Positions 1 through 14,439 are shown, counted from the stretch's first letter. The stretch: 64,000 nt of DNA from Podarcis tiliguerta (GCA_965153285.1 OZ229126.1); one strand, 5' to 3'. A program made the numbers and translations. The notes: generated by a model not told the origin, from the sequence alone.

Positions 1-1409
1 TCAGTTCTTTATCCAACTATGCAGCTCCTTCCTGCCTCCAAGTTTATTCTTCTGCCTAGCAGGGCCCTAGGAAATCCTTGATGCTGTCTTCAATTATGGA
101 AACACTTTCCTTTCCAGTCTCCAGTTCAGTTCTGCCAGTGGATTGGGTTGGAAGCTGGACTGCAAGCTTTTTAAAGCATTTAACACGCATCTGGCTACTC
201 AAAACAGTTTAGGTTGCCCATGGCACTCTGTTGCTCCATGGCCAGATAAGCAGTCTGTCGGGACTCATTAACTCTGGTAAACAGCTACCACGGGGCAAAA
301 CTGACCTCTCTCTCAGACTGTAGGCACCTCACAACAGTCGGTCATGTCTGCCAACAGGCCATTGGCAAAGTGTGGGAAGGGGGGGAGAGCCAGCTGAAAA
401 AGTGTAGAGGTAGGGGTGCCAAATCCTTCCTATACCCATTATACCCCTCAAAAAAACAACAACACAAAAATTGTATGATTTTTACAATGGTGGGATCTCC
501 CACTTTAAAAAAATAAAGGGAAAAGAGGTAGAATTACACTCTCTGCATATGTTAATCTGTGTGTTTGAGTCTTTGTTCTCAAGCAACCAAAGACAAAGAA
601 CGTGATCATGAGGTCTCTCCTAAAGGAAAAACAGCTGTAGGTGGTAATGGAGGCTGTGGGGAGAGACACACCTGTGATTTTAGATCTTTTTGGACTATTT
701 CATATTTTATAAGAAAGTGAGCCTGTGCTGGATGTGTACATGATTGTATGGAATTATTTGGATGTATCATTGATGTTTTGTACCTGATTTGATGAAGTTC
801 TGGTTAGTAAAGCTTTGAGTAATAATTGCAGGTCTGGACACTTTTTATTCCCGTTTGTCTGCTTCAAGCTGTGCAATATTAATAGTTGTATTAGTTCCTT
901 CCTATAGCCTTCCAGATGTTTTAGAACTACAACTCGCATCAGCTGGACTCTTGGTGAAGGTGCATACATATGGTTCTCAGGTAGCCACTCATTCAGGTAC
1001 CAAGAAGATCCAGGCTTGCCTACCTGCAGCAAGCACCCAATTTGCCTTCAGACCACACCCTAAAACAAAGACTTCCCTGTTATGGAGCACATATGCTCAG
1101 GAACTGCACTTCACACAGATTAAATAACTTAATATCTCGTACCTTTATGTTTACAAGGAGTCCAACCAAGCACTAAGAAACAAAAATAGAAAATAAATTG
1201 AGGAAATAAAATTAAATAATTAAATAAAATATGGGAAATTAAAGCAACACCCCAAAGCAGCAAAAGTCCATTCAGACATAAAGTTATATCAAGTGAAGTT
1301 GAAAATTCAGTTGCAATTCTTAACATCCTCAGAAAGCCATAACTGGGTTCCCTAAATGACAGTCCTGAGGCCCCCAAGCACAAAAAAGTGAAACATAACA
1401 TCTGAAAAG

Positions 1410-1453
<44 letters not shown>
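1410..1453. repeat. (TAA)n microsatellite at a LINE tail
   Basis: Direct reading; similar tracts at 52673-52704 and 54308-54360. Confidence 0.95.
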
Positions 1454-2032
1454 TGTACTCTGTTATCTGACTGGGTTGCCCCAGCTACTCTGGGCGGCTT
1501 CCAACATATGTAAAAACTTAAGAACACATTAAACTTTTAAAAGGTTTTCCAAGCAAGTAGGCTCAATTTCTTGCAACATATGAGCTTTTTCTTTTCCTTG
1601 TGAGTAAAGCTTCAGATAAAGTCTGTCCTACCATAATAAATATTGGGTTGGCAGATACCAGAGGGCCAGATTCAGCACACTGTCATGGTGCTCAGTGGAG
1701 CCTGTTGAGAAGACTGTTGAGGGGACTTAAGTGGACTGTCACTGCCCTAAATTAAGTAGAGGGGAAGGCGTGGGGTCTCTGTGTCTGTGTGTACTCTCTT
1801 CAGGTTTTCCACCTCAGCCACCAAGCTGTGTCCATATCCCTCTCAATGCAGCACCATGTAATTCATCTGCCACTCTTGCGGGTGCAGCGTTACCTGTTTC
1901 ATGAAACCTGTGTTTGCTTAACAGAAAGCAAATCTGAATGTTGGAACAGTTCGCATTGTGGCAGGTTCCCTCACATGCCTCATTCTGCTGCAGCCACTGC
2001 CCCAAATTACCTGTTAAGATCTATTACTAAGC

Positions 2033-2197
2033 CAGAGCGGCGGGCGGGAGGCTAGCCAGGTTTTTGCCCTGGGTGAAGCCTCCAGATGGGCACCATTGAG
2101 GCTCCCAGCCTGTGTATGTATATGTGCAAATGTGCATGGGTGCGTGCGCCAAACTGGGACTTTGAGCTGGGTTAAATAAAGCCTAGTTTTGCCCCTG
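2033..2197 (+). mobile_element. hAT-like MITE
   Basis: Flanked by direct repeat actaagc(c); an inverted homologue lies at 57667-57850. Confidence 0.7.
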
Positions 2198-3613
2198 ACT
2201 AAGCCTGAATACTGAAGACTCCATTTCTGCTTTTGCAAAACACAGTGGCAGGAAAAAGATGCTTGTGAGTTAAGACAAGTGGGAAAGCGCATCTGTGTCA
2301 AGTTTTCAAGGTCCACTTGGTCAGACAAAAACATGACTTTCAGGTCTTGCCATTCAACACAAACACACCAGTTCTTTGTGGTGCGAGCCAGCATACCTAG
2401 TGGCTGAGTGCCAATAGCTAACAACGGAAAGCCTCCACCTGACTGTGTCCGCCCCTCTCAGTGTGATCCCAAGGAAGCCCTGTTTGTCCCACTGCACCTC
2501 ATGCTGGGCCTGCTAAGTTTTACCCCCCTCCCTTTCATGTGGTTCCATCCTCAGCTGCCACTACCCCAGGAGAGTTTCCTTGCATAGAGAGAGTACTGCA
2601 GACTTTGCTTTGTTAAAGCATTTAGAAACAACCACAAGAACTGAAGAGTGAACAGATGCTATCTGATTAACCAATAATCCCCATATAACACACTATAACA
2701 ACAACTAACACCAAACTATGCTGCTGCAAACAATTTAAGCATCTTTCTTTCTATGTCCTCTCTTGCCCCAGTCCATCCCTAACTTCTCTAACTAATCCAA
2801 GAATGTTATTGTCTTGCTCCTTACACAGCAGTTCCAGTCATCATGTGACTTACAACTTTTAAAGTGGTGTGTGTGTGAAAAAGTTGATTCACTTTGCATT
2901 TAAAGGCAATCAGAACTAATTCCTACTTCCTGAAACAATACAGAAACCAAAATGCAACTATCATTTCAGATTCAAACTTCTCCAAATCTTGCAGTGCAGG
3001 TCTCCAAAGCAAAAGTTGGTACAACAATGTATTTCAGAGGAGAGTGTGCATAAAAATATACACATACAAAAATGCATTGCAATAAAAGGGTATTGTTGCC
3101 AGAAAACCAGGGGCTTGCTTGGGGCCAGAGCCCCTTACTTGAGTCACTGTTGCTGAAGGCTAGGTTCCTCAGTCACAGCAAGAAGAAAAAGAGAAGACTA
3201 CCAGGCAAAAATATAAAACCAAGTGGGCTGTTAATCATTTGATTATATTTATTTGTTGCAAGAGAAGTTTCAACCTCCCTAAAAGCAAAAGAATAATCCT
3301 GGGCAATGGGTGTTGGGCCTTTTAAAGGTTCATATTTGGTGCCAAAGCAGTAAGAAGTCACATCCCACAAACATAATGATACGTAGGCAGAACGTCAGAA
3401 ATACATCATATTCGAGGAGGGGTTACAGCAGGTCAGACAGGTCAACATCTACAGTATGTCAACCAAATAATTTGTGAATGGTAAGGCTCACACCCGTCCA
3501 GGTGCAGGTTACATGCAGCATTGACATTTTGATTAGTTAACACAAGTTACATTCAAATCACAACATAGGTAACCAAGCTGACCGGTGAATGTCATTCATG
3601 TGATAGTCTGAAC

Positions 3614-3767
3614 TTGAATAAAATATGGGAGGGCAGGTCAGCCTGAGGCGAGAAAAGTGTGCATGCACACAATTTGAATGGCAATACCCATCAACTTGGG
3701 GGGGGGGGGGTTCCTGCCCCCCTCAGATATTTTATTCAGGGGGGGCCTCTAGCAATTGGCTCCTATG
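3614..3767 (+). mobile_element. hAT MITE, left TIR lost
   Basis: Same family as 5815-6003 and 28580-28762 (gaatggcaatgcccatcaact core, ttggctcctatg end); TSD gtctgaac on both sides. Confidence 0.75.
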
Positions 3768-5094
3768 GTCTGAACAAACAGTACTGTGTACATAGTCAAT
3801 TCCTGTTATCAAGGGCTTTTGTAAAGAGAAAAGCCTTTTCCAGGTGCTTCCCCATGGGGGGCAGCCTCTGTGAGTGTGCACTTGGGGGGGCGTAGGGCTA
3901 ACAGTGGCTCCCATAATGCAAGGCTGCTGGAGAGGTTTTCAGAAGTCAAAAGTAGAAAATAAACATTTACAGACTATTTCATAACGTTTTCAGCACATAC
4001 ATTAAGATAAATTTGCACTAAATGCTGATGAATTTTTACTGGAATTTTCTTTCCAGCGCAATTTTCTAGAAAAAGTGGTGTGGGAACTCACCACGAATGC
4101 CTCCTTACAATGGCAAGGGCGCCTACCTGAGAGGTGTCAGAACTGAGTTCCAATGAGTTCCAGCTGGAAATAAAGCCCCGACTCTTGCAAACTAATGTGA
4201 AAATATGGAGAACTGAACTTAAGTTTGGAAAAAATGATACTGAGAGAAACCGAAAATGAAAGACCTTCCCACTCCTAGCAAAACCATGCAGGGGCAGATG
4301 GGGCTCCTCAACCCAGGAACCATCCAGGAGAAGGATAAACTTTGCAGGACATCTTTGAGAGAAGAAAAGGCTCAGGAGTAAACCCTACACAATCCAGAGT
4401 CCCTAAGACGGTTGGATGGCTCTTTGTATGTCTCCTTCTGGCAACTCCTGCAGCCAAGCAGGTGCCAAATGTCTTGCTCTGCTTTCCTTTGGACCACATC
4501 AGTCTTGTTGGCTGCACAGCCCAGGTCCTACAGGCACAATGCTTAGACTTGCACCCTGTGGATGTCATTTTGATGCTGAAAATGCAGCGGTTGGACTTCA
4601 CCCTGGCGGCATACTCCATTGTCTCCCAAGACAGATGGATACCAACAACGACAATGGGTAAATCGCTCTCTCACTTAAATGAGCTTGTGTGCCTTCCACA
4701 GATATACTGGACAGAGACTTGTGTGCCTTTCTGCATTATTTACAGATATACACTTTCTGTGCAGAGGAGTACACTGCCACTAGTGCTAGTCTTGAAAGCA
4801 ACAGCAGTCCCATCCCAAAAACAAGTAGCAGGCTCTCAGGTTGTTTTTAATAAATGCTACATTTTAGACATCATTCTAATTTGTGTTCTGTTGGAAATCA
4901 CCCTTGAGGCGAGGAAGCATCCTGTTGCCTCTCCATGGTTGCTGCTGCCAGCCTCCTCCCTTGGGCAGCTCACAGTGGCTGCTGGAGAGCGGGGGAGGAG
5001 CAGGAGAGGCCCAGCCCTGTGTGATGTGTTGGCTCTGAGGGGGCAGGGCTGCCCTGGGCAGGAAGAAAGGGGGAGTGAAGCAGAGCGCAAGGAG

Positions 5095-5149
5095 CCTTCC
5101 TTCCTTCCTTCCTTCCTTCCTTCCTTCCTTCCTTCCTTCCTTCCTTCCT
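5095..5149. repeat. (CCTT)n microsatellite
   Basis: Direct reading. Confidence 0.95.
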
Positions 5150-5814
5150 GTGTCTGTGTCTAAATTTGCCCCTTTATTTATTTTTCTTTATTGGTGTGCA
5201 TTTTCCCTTCTCTAAGTCTACCAAAGAATAAATTTGGGATTAAGGGGCTTTCCCAGGGCAGTGGAGGTCCTGTGTGCTGTGCCCCATTGGTGAAATGGGG
5301 GTGGCACTTGCCCTTCTAATAAGAAATGCTCTGTGGAGGGATGGGACAAAAAATGGGGGTCAGCAGAGGGGAGTCAGAAATGCCCCTATTTTCACCTGAG
5401 GAACGTTTGAGGGTATGGGATCCTGGGCTTGCACCTTAATGGCATTTGGAGTTCAAATGCACCTGCAGAAGTGAAACTGAGCACTGGATCCCTGTGGAAG
5501 AGGACGCTTTACCCTTGGATACAATCACACTGAGACTCTGAGTTTGGAAAAAGTAGTAAGCTAAATTTAAAGGAAATACATACTTGATAGGAAAAATTCT
5601 AGTTCTGTCTAACTGAGGTGGAGATACAAAGAACCTCTTTGTTTTCAGCAGGAGACATACGCAAATATGTATCCACTCCGAAGATGAAGATGCAGAAGGG
5701 AGCAGTAGGAAATGAAATCAGCAACCCTAAGACCATCGCCTAACATATGAAGGAGGATCAGCACAGGTTAAACAAGAGTCTAAGAAGCTTTGGTATTCAT
5801 ATATCTCTCTACTT

Positions 5815-6003
5815 TGGGGGTGCCAATTTAAATTAAATATTGGGGGGGGGGGCAGGTAAGCCCTGCTCTGCATAATCTATCACAAGATGTGGTGTACAAA
5901 CACCATTTAAATGGCAATGCCCATCAACTTTGGAAGGGCAGCCCCCTCAAATGTTTTATTGGAGGTCCAAAGGGACCTCAGCCCCTAGGAGTCGGCTCCT
6001 ATT
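5815..6003 (+). mobile_element. hAT MITE
   Basis: ggggtgccaattt...gtcggctcctatt; TSD ctctactt / gtctactt. Confidence 0.8.
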
Positions 6004-6170
6004 GTCTACTTTCTTGCCATCCAGACCACCAGTCTTAAATACAAGTTGAGTTGCACCCCAGCACTTCCAACATGCTCTGCAGATCATGTGGTGTAACCAT
6101 TTGGGGCAGTAAAACTACTGCGTCTAGCCTTGTTTTCCCATGCCCATACAATTCCTTTTTATCCTTTATA

Positions 6171-6395
6171 CAGTGGTACCTCGGGTTACATACGCTTCAG
6201 GTTACAGACTCCGCTAACCCAGAAATAATACCTTGGGTTAAGAACTTTCTTCAGGATGAGAACAGAAATCGTGCTCCAGCGGCGCAGCAGCAGCAGGAGG
6301 CCCCATTAGCTAAAGTGGTGCTTCAGGTTAAGAACAGTTTCAGGTTAAGAACGGACCTCCGGAATGAATTAAATACGTAACCAGAGGTACCACTG
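6171..6395 (+). mobile_element. Tc1/mariner MITE
   Basis: TIR cagtggtacctc / gaggtaccactg flanked by TA on both sides. Confidence 0.92.
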
Positions 6396-8102
6396 TACAC
6401 ACATACCTCCCAGCATCATAGATCACCCACCCACCCACATGCCATTTCCTCTTGTTCTCTCTCTGCCCCTGTCCCTGCCACATCTGGTGAGAATAGCTGT
6501 CCTGTGTGCAGATGCTCTGAGGCTGACATAGAGGGGTGCTAGGAGCCTACTGTCCTCCCACAAGCATTTTCACATTGCTCTATAAATGATGTTGCACAGG
6601 ACTCTTTCTCCCTGGATGCATCATTTCATTAAAATGAAGGGAGACGCAGTAGCAGTCTTTAGAGAAATGTCCCCGCTGCAGCTCTTCATCCAAGAAGGAA
6701 TCTCTTGTGTCCTCGAAGGCTAAGGCAGCCATCCAGAGCGCTTAGGGATTTAGAGGAAGCAGCAGCACAGATAAGTCCCAGATCTCCCATTTCAACCAGG
6801 CAAAGAGCTAGAAGTCTGATACTAAACACTGTGCAGAACTGAGGAGGGGCTGGGCATTTCTCCCGTGTTCAAGATGTGTGAGCAGAAGGCCCCTGGGGTT
6901 CAGTAGCACCAGCTTTTTGAAATGAGCTTGGGCAAGAGGATGCTGAATCCCTACTCCACTGTGTACCATGTGACGTGTGGATCAGACTTAGTTCCTCATC
7001 TGTAAAATGGAACATAATCTAGCCCTTGTGGCACAAGTAGTTCTGTCCTCTAAAACCTCACCACCATTCCTGCAGCTGTTGTCTGAGGCAGCCGCTTCAT
7101 TCTGCCAAATAGAAGGACCAGTCTTAGAACTCATCTGCAAGCTGACTTGCTTTGGCAATCTTAGCAGCCAAACAAGGACCGCAGTATGTGAAAGTGAGGC
7201 CTCGTGAGTGGAAAGTGAATGAGGAGAGCATCTCTGGATCTCAGAGCCATCTGACTCAACAGCCACGCTAGCCAATCTTGCTGGGAAGCTTCTCGCTTTC
7301 TGATGTGTGCTTCAGAGCCCAGGGCTTGAGATGTGGTGGATCTTCATTGGGACTGATGAGGGTGCCTTAGAGCAGCCTTCCTCTGGTGCCCCATTCTGAC
7401 TGCAGTTGAAGGGAGTTGGGAGTCCAAAGTAACTGAAGGGTAGCCATTTAAGGAAGACTGCCTCAGCATGAGGTGGAATGCCAAATTTAACTTTGTCCAC
7501 ATTCACACTTGTGATCCTATAACATTTGCCATTTGTTTCATATGTAAGTATAGGGTTCCAACAAACCACTTTAGCTGCAAATAAAATCATATTTACATCA
7601 GCACTGCTAGCCCCAACACTCTCCTCCTATGGAGCAGTGGGGGAAGCTGATGTTGGAACCCATCCTCAGAAAAGGGAAAGTTTATAATAGACGTGAGTAG
7701 TGGTCCTGTGTGCTTGGCAGGCCTGGAGCTACCATACACCTCTCTGTGGCAGTCACCTCAAGAGGCATTCTGGGAGAGGCGGCAGATTTGAATCTAAGTG
7801 CTGTACCCACCTCCCTGCAGCCTGCCTGCTTGCTCATAGTGACAAAACCTCCTTCTCCCTGTCCTCCATTCAGACAAGCACTCATCTCCCCCCCTTTCCC
7901 CGTCACCCCAGAACACAACTCCTCCTTCCATTCTGCTGACTTCTCTGTCTCTCATGTGCCTTTACCCCATGGCTGGAGACTGAAGCTGCTCTCTGCAAAG
8001 CTGGGAGCCTGACCATTAGGGAGGGCTGCCATACGTCTGGGATTTCAAAGGCAGAATTGACATGGTTGGGATTTCTGAAAGGTGGTGCTTTTTGAAATAT
8101 AT

Positions 8103-8901
8103 TGTCAGAGACCTGGCTGAGGAGTACAACTCGATGAGGAATGGTGGGAACCTACCCCTCCCCCTGTTCATGGCCAGCATCCTGAAACTCCACAGGACCA
8201 GTGGAGTAGTGTTGATTTGGAACAATGGTTTGCTGAAGGGCACAGTTCGGGAGACAATAGCTGGGCGGAACTGAGAGGTGATCAGCAAGAAGAAGAACAG
8301 GAAGAGAGTGAGCTAGCTGACTTTCACTGGAAGATGTGCAGCCTCTCAGTCCCAAGGCTTGGAGGTTAGATAAGGTGGCTTCACAAAAGGCTCAGTGGTT
8401 GAGAGATCAGGTGGCTAGGAGACGAGAGGACGAAAGTGACTGGAGGGAAGTGGAAGGAACCTTAATTGGGAGCACCTCTGAGAATGGTTGCTTGTTCTTT
8501 TGCTGCATTCATTAAACTTTTCTGTTACTGGTAAGAGCATGGGTAGGCAAACTAAGGCCCGGGGGCCGGATCTGGCCCAATTGCCTTCTAAATCTGGTCT
8601 GCAGGCGGTCCAGGAATCAGCGTGTTTTTACATGAGTAGAATGTGTGCTTTTATTTAAAATGCATCTCTGGGTTATTTGTGGGGCATAAGAATTTGTTCA
8701 TTCCCCCCCCCCAAAAAAAATAGTCTGGGCCCTCACAAGGTCTGAGGGACAGTGGACCGGCCCCCTGCTGAAAAGGTTTGCTGACCCCTGGGTAAGAGAC
8801 TGCTTTCTCTTTGTACTGCTTATCTACGGCCAAGGGGCAGGGAGGCAGCTGCTCAATCAGCGTGGAACTTGAGTAGAACTCTGTGGGTTAGTGGTCTGAC
8901 A
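8103..8901 (+). mobile_element. Probable solo LTR interrupted by the hAT MITE
   Basis: Terminal inverted repeat tgtcaga / tctgaca; ATTAAA at ~8511; TSD poorly preserved. Confidence 0.45.
8538..8790 (+). mobile_element. hAT MITE (short form of the family at 38903-39755)
   Basis: TIR-like ends catgggtaggcaaac / gtttgctgacccctg; perfect 8-bp TSD ggtaagag (8530-8537, 8791-8798). Confidence 0.9.
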
Positions 8902-9899
8902 GAGATATGGAAAGGAGGGTGAAGGAAGATTACATGAAATGGGGAGGAGAAGCAAGGGGGATGAAATGGAGAAGGAAAACGGGGGGGGGGGGAGGGAAGC
9001 AAGAGAGCCAGCCCTGGTGCTTGCAGGTTTTATCATCGCTATATGCCAGGCAAATAGCAGTGTGGTGGGAGATTTTTAACTGGAAGAATATCAGCAGGAA
9101 ATGTTTACCCTGTAGGTCACTATCGCAGTTCCAGGTGGATTCAGCAGCACCTCTGCCAGCTGTTAAGTTTGTAGAACACAGTGTGAATGTTCCTGTCACG
9201 GAACCTTAAGAATGGCCATGCTCTTGCCAGGTGTCTCCTCCTCCTCATTCTCCAAGGTTCTGGCTGAGGATGACCTGAAACCTCTGGATGCAGCCCAGAA
9301 CAGCAGCCAAGGAAGAAATGGGGCCCTTGGGGAAGACTGACAGGGATCCTTCCCCTCAGAATGGGAATTTGGTGTCTGACTCAGAGACAGAGCAACCCTT
9401 GTGTCCCCAGGAGCAACGGTGCTGCAAGAGGCTGTCTGTACCTGGAACCCAGCTAGGACAGGGCAAAAACACTAAGAAAAGCCCTGTGGGATGAATGTAA
9501 AAGCCCTCCAGTATAGCATTCTGTTCTCATCATGGCCAACCAACTCCTCATTTGTGATTACCAGCAACTGGCATTGAGGGGCCTGTTTCCGGCCCACAAG
9601 CAAGACACGAGGGCAATAGCCTTCTCCCACTGTTGTTTCTCAGTGGTAAAACTCTCTTCTGAACTTTAGTGTTTATGGACAATAACCATTGACTGACCCC
9701 TACACAAATTTATCTTATTCTTCTAAAAGCCATTGGCCATAACCCCCCCTTTGTGGTAATGGGGTTCCATACATTAATTAGAAATGTCTTCATATGAGTG
9801 CTGCACAGAGAACAATGTTGGACTTGGACTGGGGAAGATCTCAGTTGAAATGTCTACTTTACTGACCATGGGCCTCACACAATCCACCTCACAGGTTTA

Positions 9900-10125
9900 A
9901 TAGAATCATTGAATTGTAGAGTTAAAAGGGACCCCGAGGGTCATCTAGTCCAACCGCCTGCAATGCAGGAATCTCAAGTAAAGCATCCGTGACAGAAGGC
10001 CATCCAACCTCTGCTTAAAAACCTCCAATGGAGGAGAGCCCATCACTTTCTTGTCAAACAGCTCTGTCAGAAAGTTCTTCCTGATGTTTAGTCGGAATCT
10101 CCTTTCTTTTTACTTGAAGCCATTA
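9900..10125 (-). mobile_element. CR1 3' fragment
   Basis: atagaatcattgaattgtagag...tcatctagtccaacc CR1 tail. Similar short copies at ~20547-20745, ~53271-53370 and ~63589-63650. Confidence 0.8.
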
Positions 10126-12931
10126 TTTTAAAGCCAGCTTAATACTGGTGGCATTTAACTAAGTTTACTCAGAGCAGACCCACTGAAATTAAAGGACCTA
10201 ACAGATGTTCATTATTTTCAATGGATCTACACTGAGGAAAACTTAGTTGCATACCACCCTAAGTATCTCTACCTGTCTTATCTGAAACAGTGAGATCACT
10301 AGAAACAACAACAAACTTTGCAAAATTCAGCAACTGGTCTTCCTTCCCTTTCTTTTTGGTTTTAGAAAACTGCAGTACAGTATTATCCTGTTCCAGTGAC
10401 AAAGCCTTTTGCTGTTCCATGGACAACAAAAGTCAATTGAGCTTTACAGCAAAATGCTAATATTTGTTAACAGAACTAAATCTGTAGTTTTGATGGTTGA
10501 ATGAGGTCAGCCCAAAACTGCTATAGGCACAGGAAATGTATCTACATGATATAATTATCTGGAACATCATCACTTCCTTCCTAATGTGGCCCAGGAAAAT
10601 TCTCTCTCAGTGCATGCAGCTGTCAGTCTCAGATCTATCTGTTTTCTGAGTGGGTGTACAAATGAATAAATAGCAGGACAAGTCACTTTTTGGTGAAAGC
10701 TGACAAATGCACACCCCAGACACCTGTGGCTCCAGCACTAACAATAAGGCCGGCTTGGTCCTGCAGTTCTCACTGGGAAAACCCACAGTTCTCTGCTGCT
10801 CACAGCTGTTTGAAGCTGGAACCTCAAGACGAAAAGCTGATGTGAAAGTTGCCCAGGGGGATATGATCCCATCCGGACAATTGCCATTATTTTGAGAAAG
10901 GTGGAATAACTATCAAGAGTGGATCCAAATTGGGACCCTAGATGAAGGGGTACGGGCTTTAACTATCTGGGGACTCCTGTGCCGGATAAGAAAGTTCCAA
11001 TTGGCTCCCTGGGCACCAAGAAGTAGGCGCCAAGAGTGGCTAACTTTTATTTTAAATTTTAGCATATCAAACTGAATGCTTTTGAAAAAGTGCAGAGAGT
11101 CTTTTTCTTGTTGAATGAAATAAATAAACTATCTAAAGAAAGCATTCTTTAAGCATTTGTTTGTAAGTCTTATAAATTTATTTAATTTTAAATTATTAAT
11201 AATAAGTTGCCAAATACAGAGTTTGTTTAAGTGTTTGCCGATTTCTGCAAATTACTATAGTTGGAGGTGGCAGAGCAATCTAGATCTATAAAAGTGGACA
11301 CAATCTTAGGGGCGCAGGGTCCTGAGGGGCATCCCGAATCACTAAAAGATGCAGGAAAGTCACCCTTCTTTGGTCGAAGAAGCTTTGTGGATTTCTGGAG
11401 TGTTTCAAAAACTGACAAGCACCATTTGAGCAGTGGGCAAAAGAAACATGCTTGTTACACCAAGGGCAACTATCAATTAATCTTCAGTTTATTTTCTATA
11501 ACTTCTATTTTCTTGGCAAAATAATGTATTGGAAAAGAACTTCCTGTTGAACTTGTTGGTAGCAAGCAAAAAAAAAATAAGAATTCCCTGGATGCTGAGG
11601 TTCGGGGCATGTACTATTTGGTGAGACAACCTCAGCAGGGATTTAAAATCACAAAAAAGCAGCAAAGTAAAGCACGGAACATCGGTTGTTAGGGACCTTT
11701 AAAATATGCCCTTGTGCGTTCCAAAGCTTTTCCCATCCCTTAACATAGAAAAAGACCCCACATTTGGTAAATTAAAATATGGTTTACATACAAACTGTTC
11801 AAAGGTCAGATTCATGTGTTTTTCCATACACCATTCAGAAAAAGTTGCACAGGCAGTAAAACTTGGCTTAGCTATAGTGGTGAAAGTATCTAAATTATTG
11901 GTATAGGAACTCCAGGGTGACTTGTGAGAGCCACGCAGTTTGGAGCAACCAGCTCAGGTCTCCCATGTGCTTGATCACTTTCCGCCCAAGGTGAGGGGGA
12001 GTGACCTAACTAAGTCTGGGAGGACAGCTTACTCTGTAGCATGCATGCCCAAGGCACTCTTTCATGCATTAAGCAGACATGCTGCATATATGAGGCTGGT
12101 TTTCCCACAGAACTGAACAACAGAGAGTTTTTAAGCTCACTACTGGAAGATGGCGCAAACATTTGTCAAGTGTTTACTTTCTCTGAAAGTCCTTTTCACA
12201 TACAGATACAACTGTAATCCAAATTTCATGAAATCCCTGCTTGCAAATAAGGTTTTGTGTGTCCAGTGAAGAGAACCATGGAAGATCATGCCATCATAAA
12301 TGTGTTAGTATTTCAGAAGCTGCAAGGCTTTGATGTTTTCCTGAAAGAGACAAGCATAGCTACCCTTCTGGGAATAGTGCTTTCCTGCCCATTTTCTCTC
12401 TATTTATCTTTGGTGCAAGCACCAGCAGTGCAAAGGCCTCCAAGCCCATCATTTACCAGCCTGATGTTGTGCACAGGGTGAACTCCCTAACGTCTGGCAG
12501 TGGGAGAGTGTCACTTGGTGATATGGTAAGCCTTGTGGTTATCATGAATGATGAATGAACCATCTCTGACTCTGGGTGACAGTAAGACCCTTCCCCGTCA
12601 CAACTTCTGTTTTAAAGAGTGACTAAGTCAGAGAACTCATGCAGAACCGTACCTAGGAAAACCAGGCATGTTTTCAACATAATTTCCCCCTAAGATGCGG
12701 TTCCAGTGATGATGACTACATCTGCAGGTCTGATGCAATAGCCGATTCTGATCTTTCAAATATGCAATTAAAAACAAGCATAAGTTGAAAGTTCCCCTCC
12801 TGCACAACAGAAGTGAAGCTCTTCAGCAAGTGAAAATGAACAAATGACAGAAAATCTACTTCCTTCCTTCTAATTTTATTTACTTTATCAACTGACATCC
12901 CCACCAAAGCTGTTTTCTACGACCCCCATCA

Positions 12932-13410
12932 TGTTGTTGCCCCCACCCCAATCTCTGAGAGGTGAGAGGTTGCTGGGGCTCCAGGCACTTACCCAGGGTT
13001 CTATTTCCTGGGACTGAGGGACAGCAGAGACTGTGGTATCTTTATGATAGATGGTTTATTGACACATATATACAACCTGAACCTACAATGGAGGGGCTCA
13101 CAGCATTAATACCCCAAGAGGGTCTTGCTTCCCCCCAGTCACAGCCTTGGATTCAGGCAGAAATCAAGCATGTCTCTCCCTCTCTGACTTCTGCTACTTG
13201 TAGCCCAGTTTTCACACACTCTAGTTCAGCTTTTGTCTTTCTTACTACTAGCCTGGGGGGAGAGAGAGCTCACCCATTTGCCTTCCTGCACAGAGCAACT
13301 CCTTTCTTATACTAAACACACACACACACACACACCATACTTAGGGCCCATCAACTCACCAAGAAACTTGCCTAGCTCCTTCAACAATGGAATCCCCCAA
13401 ACTCACAACA
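12932..13410 (-). mobile_element. Probable solo LTR
   Basis: tgttgt...acaaca termini; on the minus strand a TATAA (~13307) precedes AATAAA (~13056). Confidence 0.45.
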
Positions 13411-13920
13411 ATATATACAAGTCGTTTGTAGTTATTTAGTGGTGAAAGAAGGACTCTCTTTTCCTTGTGCCTTTCAAAAATAGGTTCTGGTGCTAAGTTA
13501 TTGTGAGACACTTTCATTCAGATAAAACACTATTTTCTTGGGTTAGCTAACAGCACTGATCCTTTAGGAATAATGGTTTTAATTTAGAGGGGGGTGAGAC
13601 TGGGGCAGTGTGTGAGTGTGTGGGAAGAGAACATGTCTGGCTGTAATCCCAAGAAGGATTTGGTAGCTAGAAGCACTGTATTCACTCTTTATTCACTATT
13701 TATTTCCAATATTTATATACTACCTCTGAGTGGTTTACAAGTTAAAAATTAAAAATGTAAAATACAACAGGAAACTAAAATCTAATACAGACTAAAACCA
13801 TAAAAAGTGGGTAATATTCAGTACAATATTCAGTATAAGTAAAAGAATATTTACAACTGAATATTTCACCTGGCACCTAAAAAAGGTAATAAATAATATA
13901 GGGACCAGACCAGTTTGTAG

Positions 13921-14282
13921 GGACACGGGTAGCGCTGTGGGTTAAAGCCTCAGTGCCTAGGGCTTGCCGATCGAAAGGTCGGCGGTTCGAATCCCCGCGG
14001 CGGGGTGCGCTCCCGCTGTTCGGTCCCAGCGCCTGCCAACCTAGCAGTTCGAAAGCACCCCTGGGTGCAAGTAGATAAATAGGGACCGCTTACTAGCGGG
14101 AAGGTAAACGGCGTTTCCGTGTGCGGCTCTGGCTCGCCAGAGCAGCGATGTCACGCTGGCCACGTGACCCGGAAGTGTCTTCGGACAGCGCTGGCCCTTG
14201 GCCTCTTTGAGTGTGATGGGCGCACAACCCTAGAGTCTGTCAAGACTGGCCCGTACGGGCAGGGGTACCTTTACCTTTTTAT
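13921..14282 (+). mobile_element. Sauria SINE, full length
   Basis: tRNA-like head with B-box ggttcgaatccc, (accttt)n tail, 12-bp TSD accagtttgtag (13909-13920, 14283-14294). Confidence 0.92.
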
Positions 14283-14439
14283 ACCAGTTTGTAGTCGACC
14301 TCATTTGTTGCATTTTGTCCACACTCTGTCCTATGTGACACAACTGGCAGAAGGTACAGTCATACCCCGGGTTGCGATCGCTGCAGGTTGAGCGTTTTCG
14401 GGTTACAGACGCGCCGAACCCAGATGTACCGGAAAGTAC

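Noticed and set aside
4342-5163. 273-aa ORF
   Set aside because: Non-ATG start, no recognisable domain, runs into a (CCTT)n microsatellite; likely chance.
5645-5770. Exon-like purine-rich segment after tttgttttcagcag
   Set aside because: Weak donor, stops present, no recognisable peptide.
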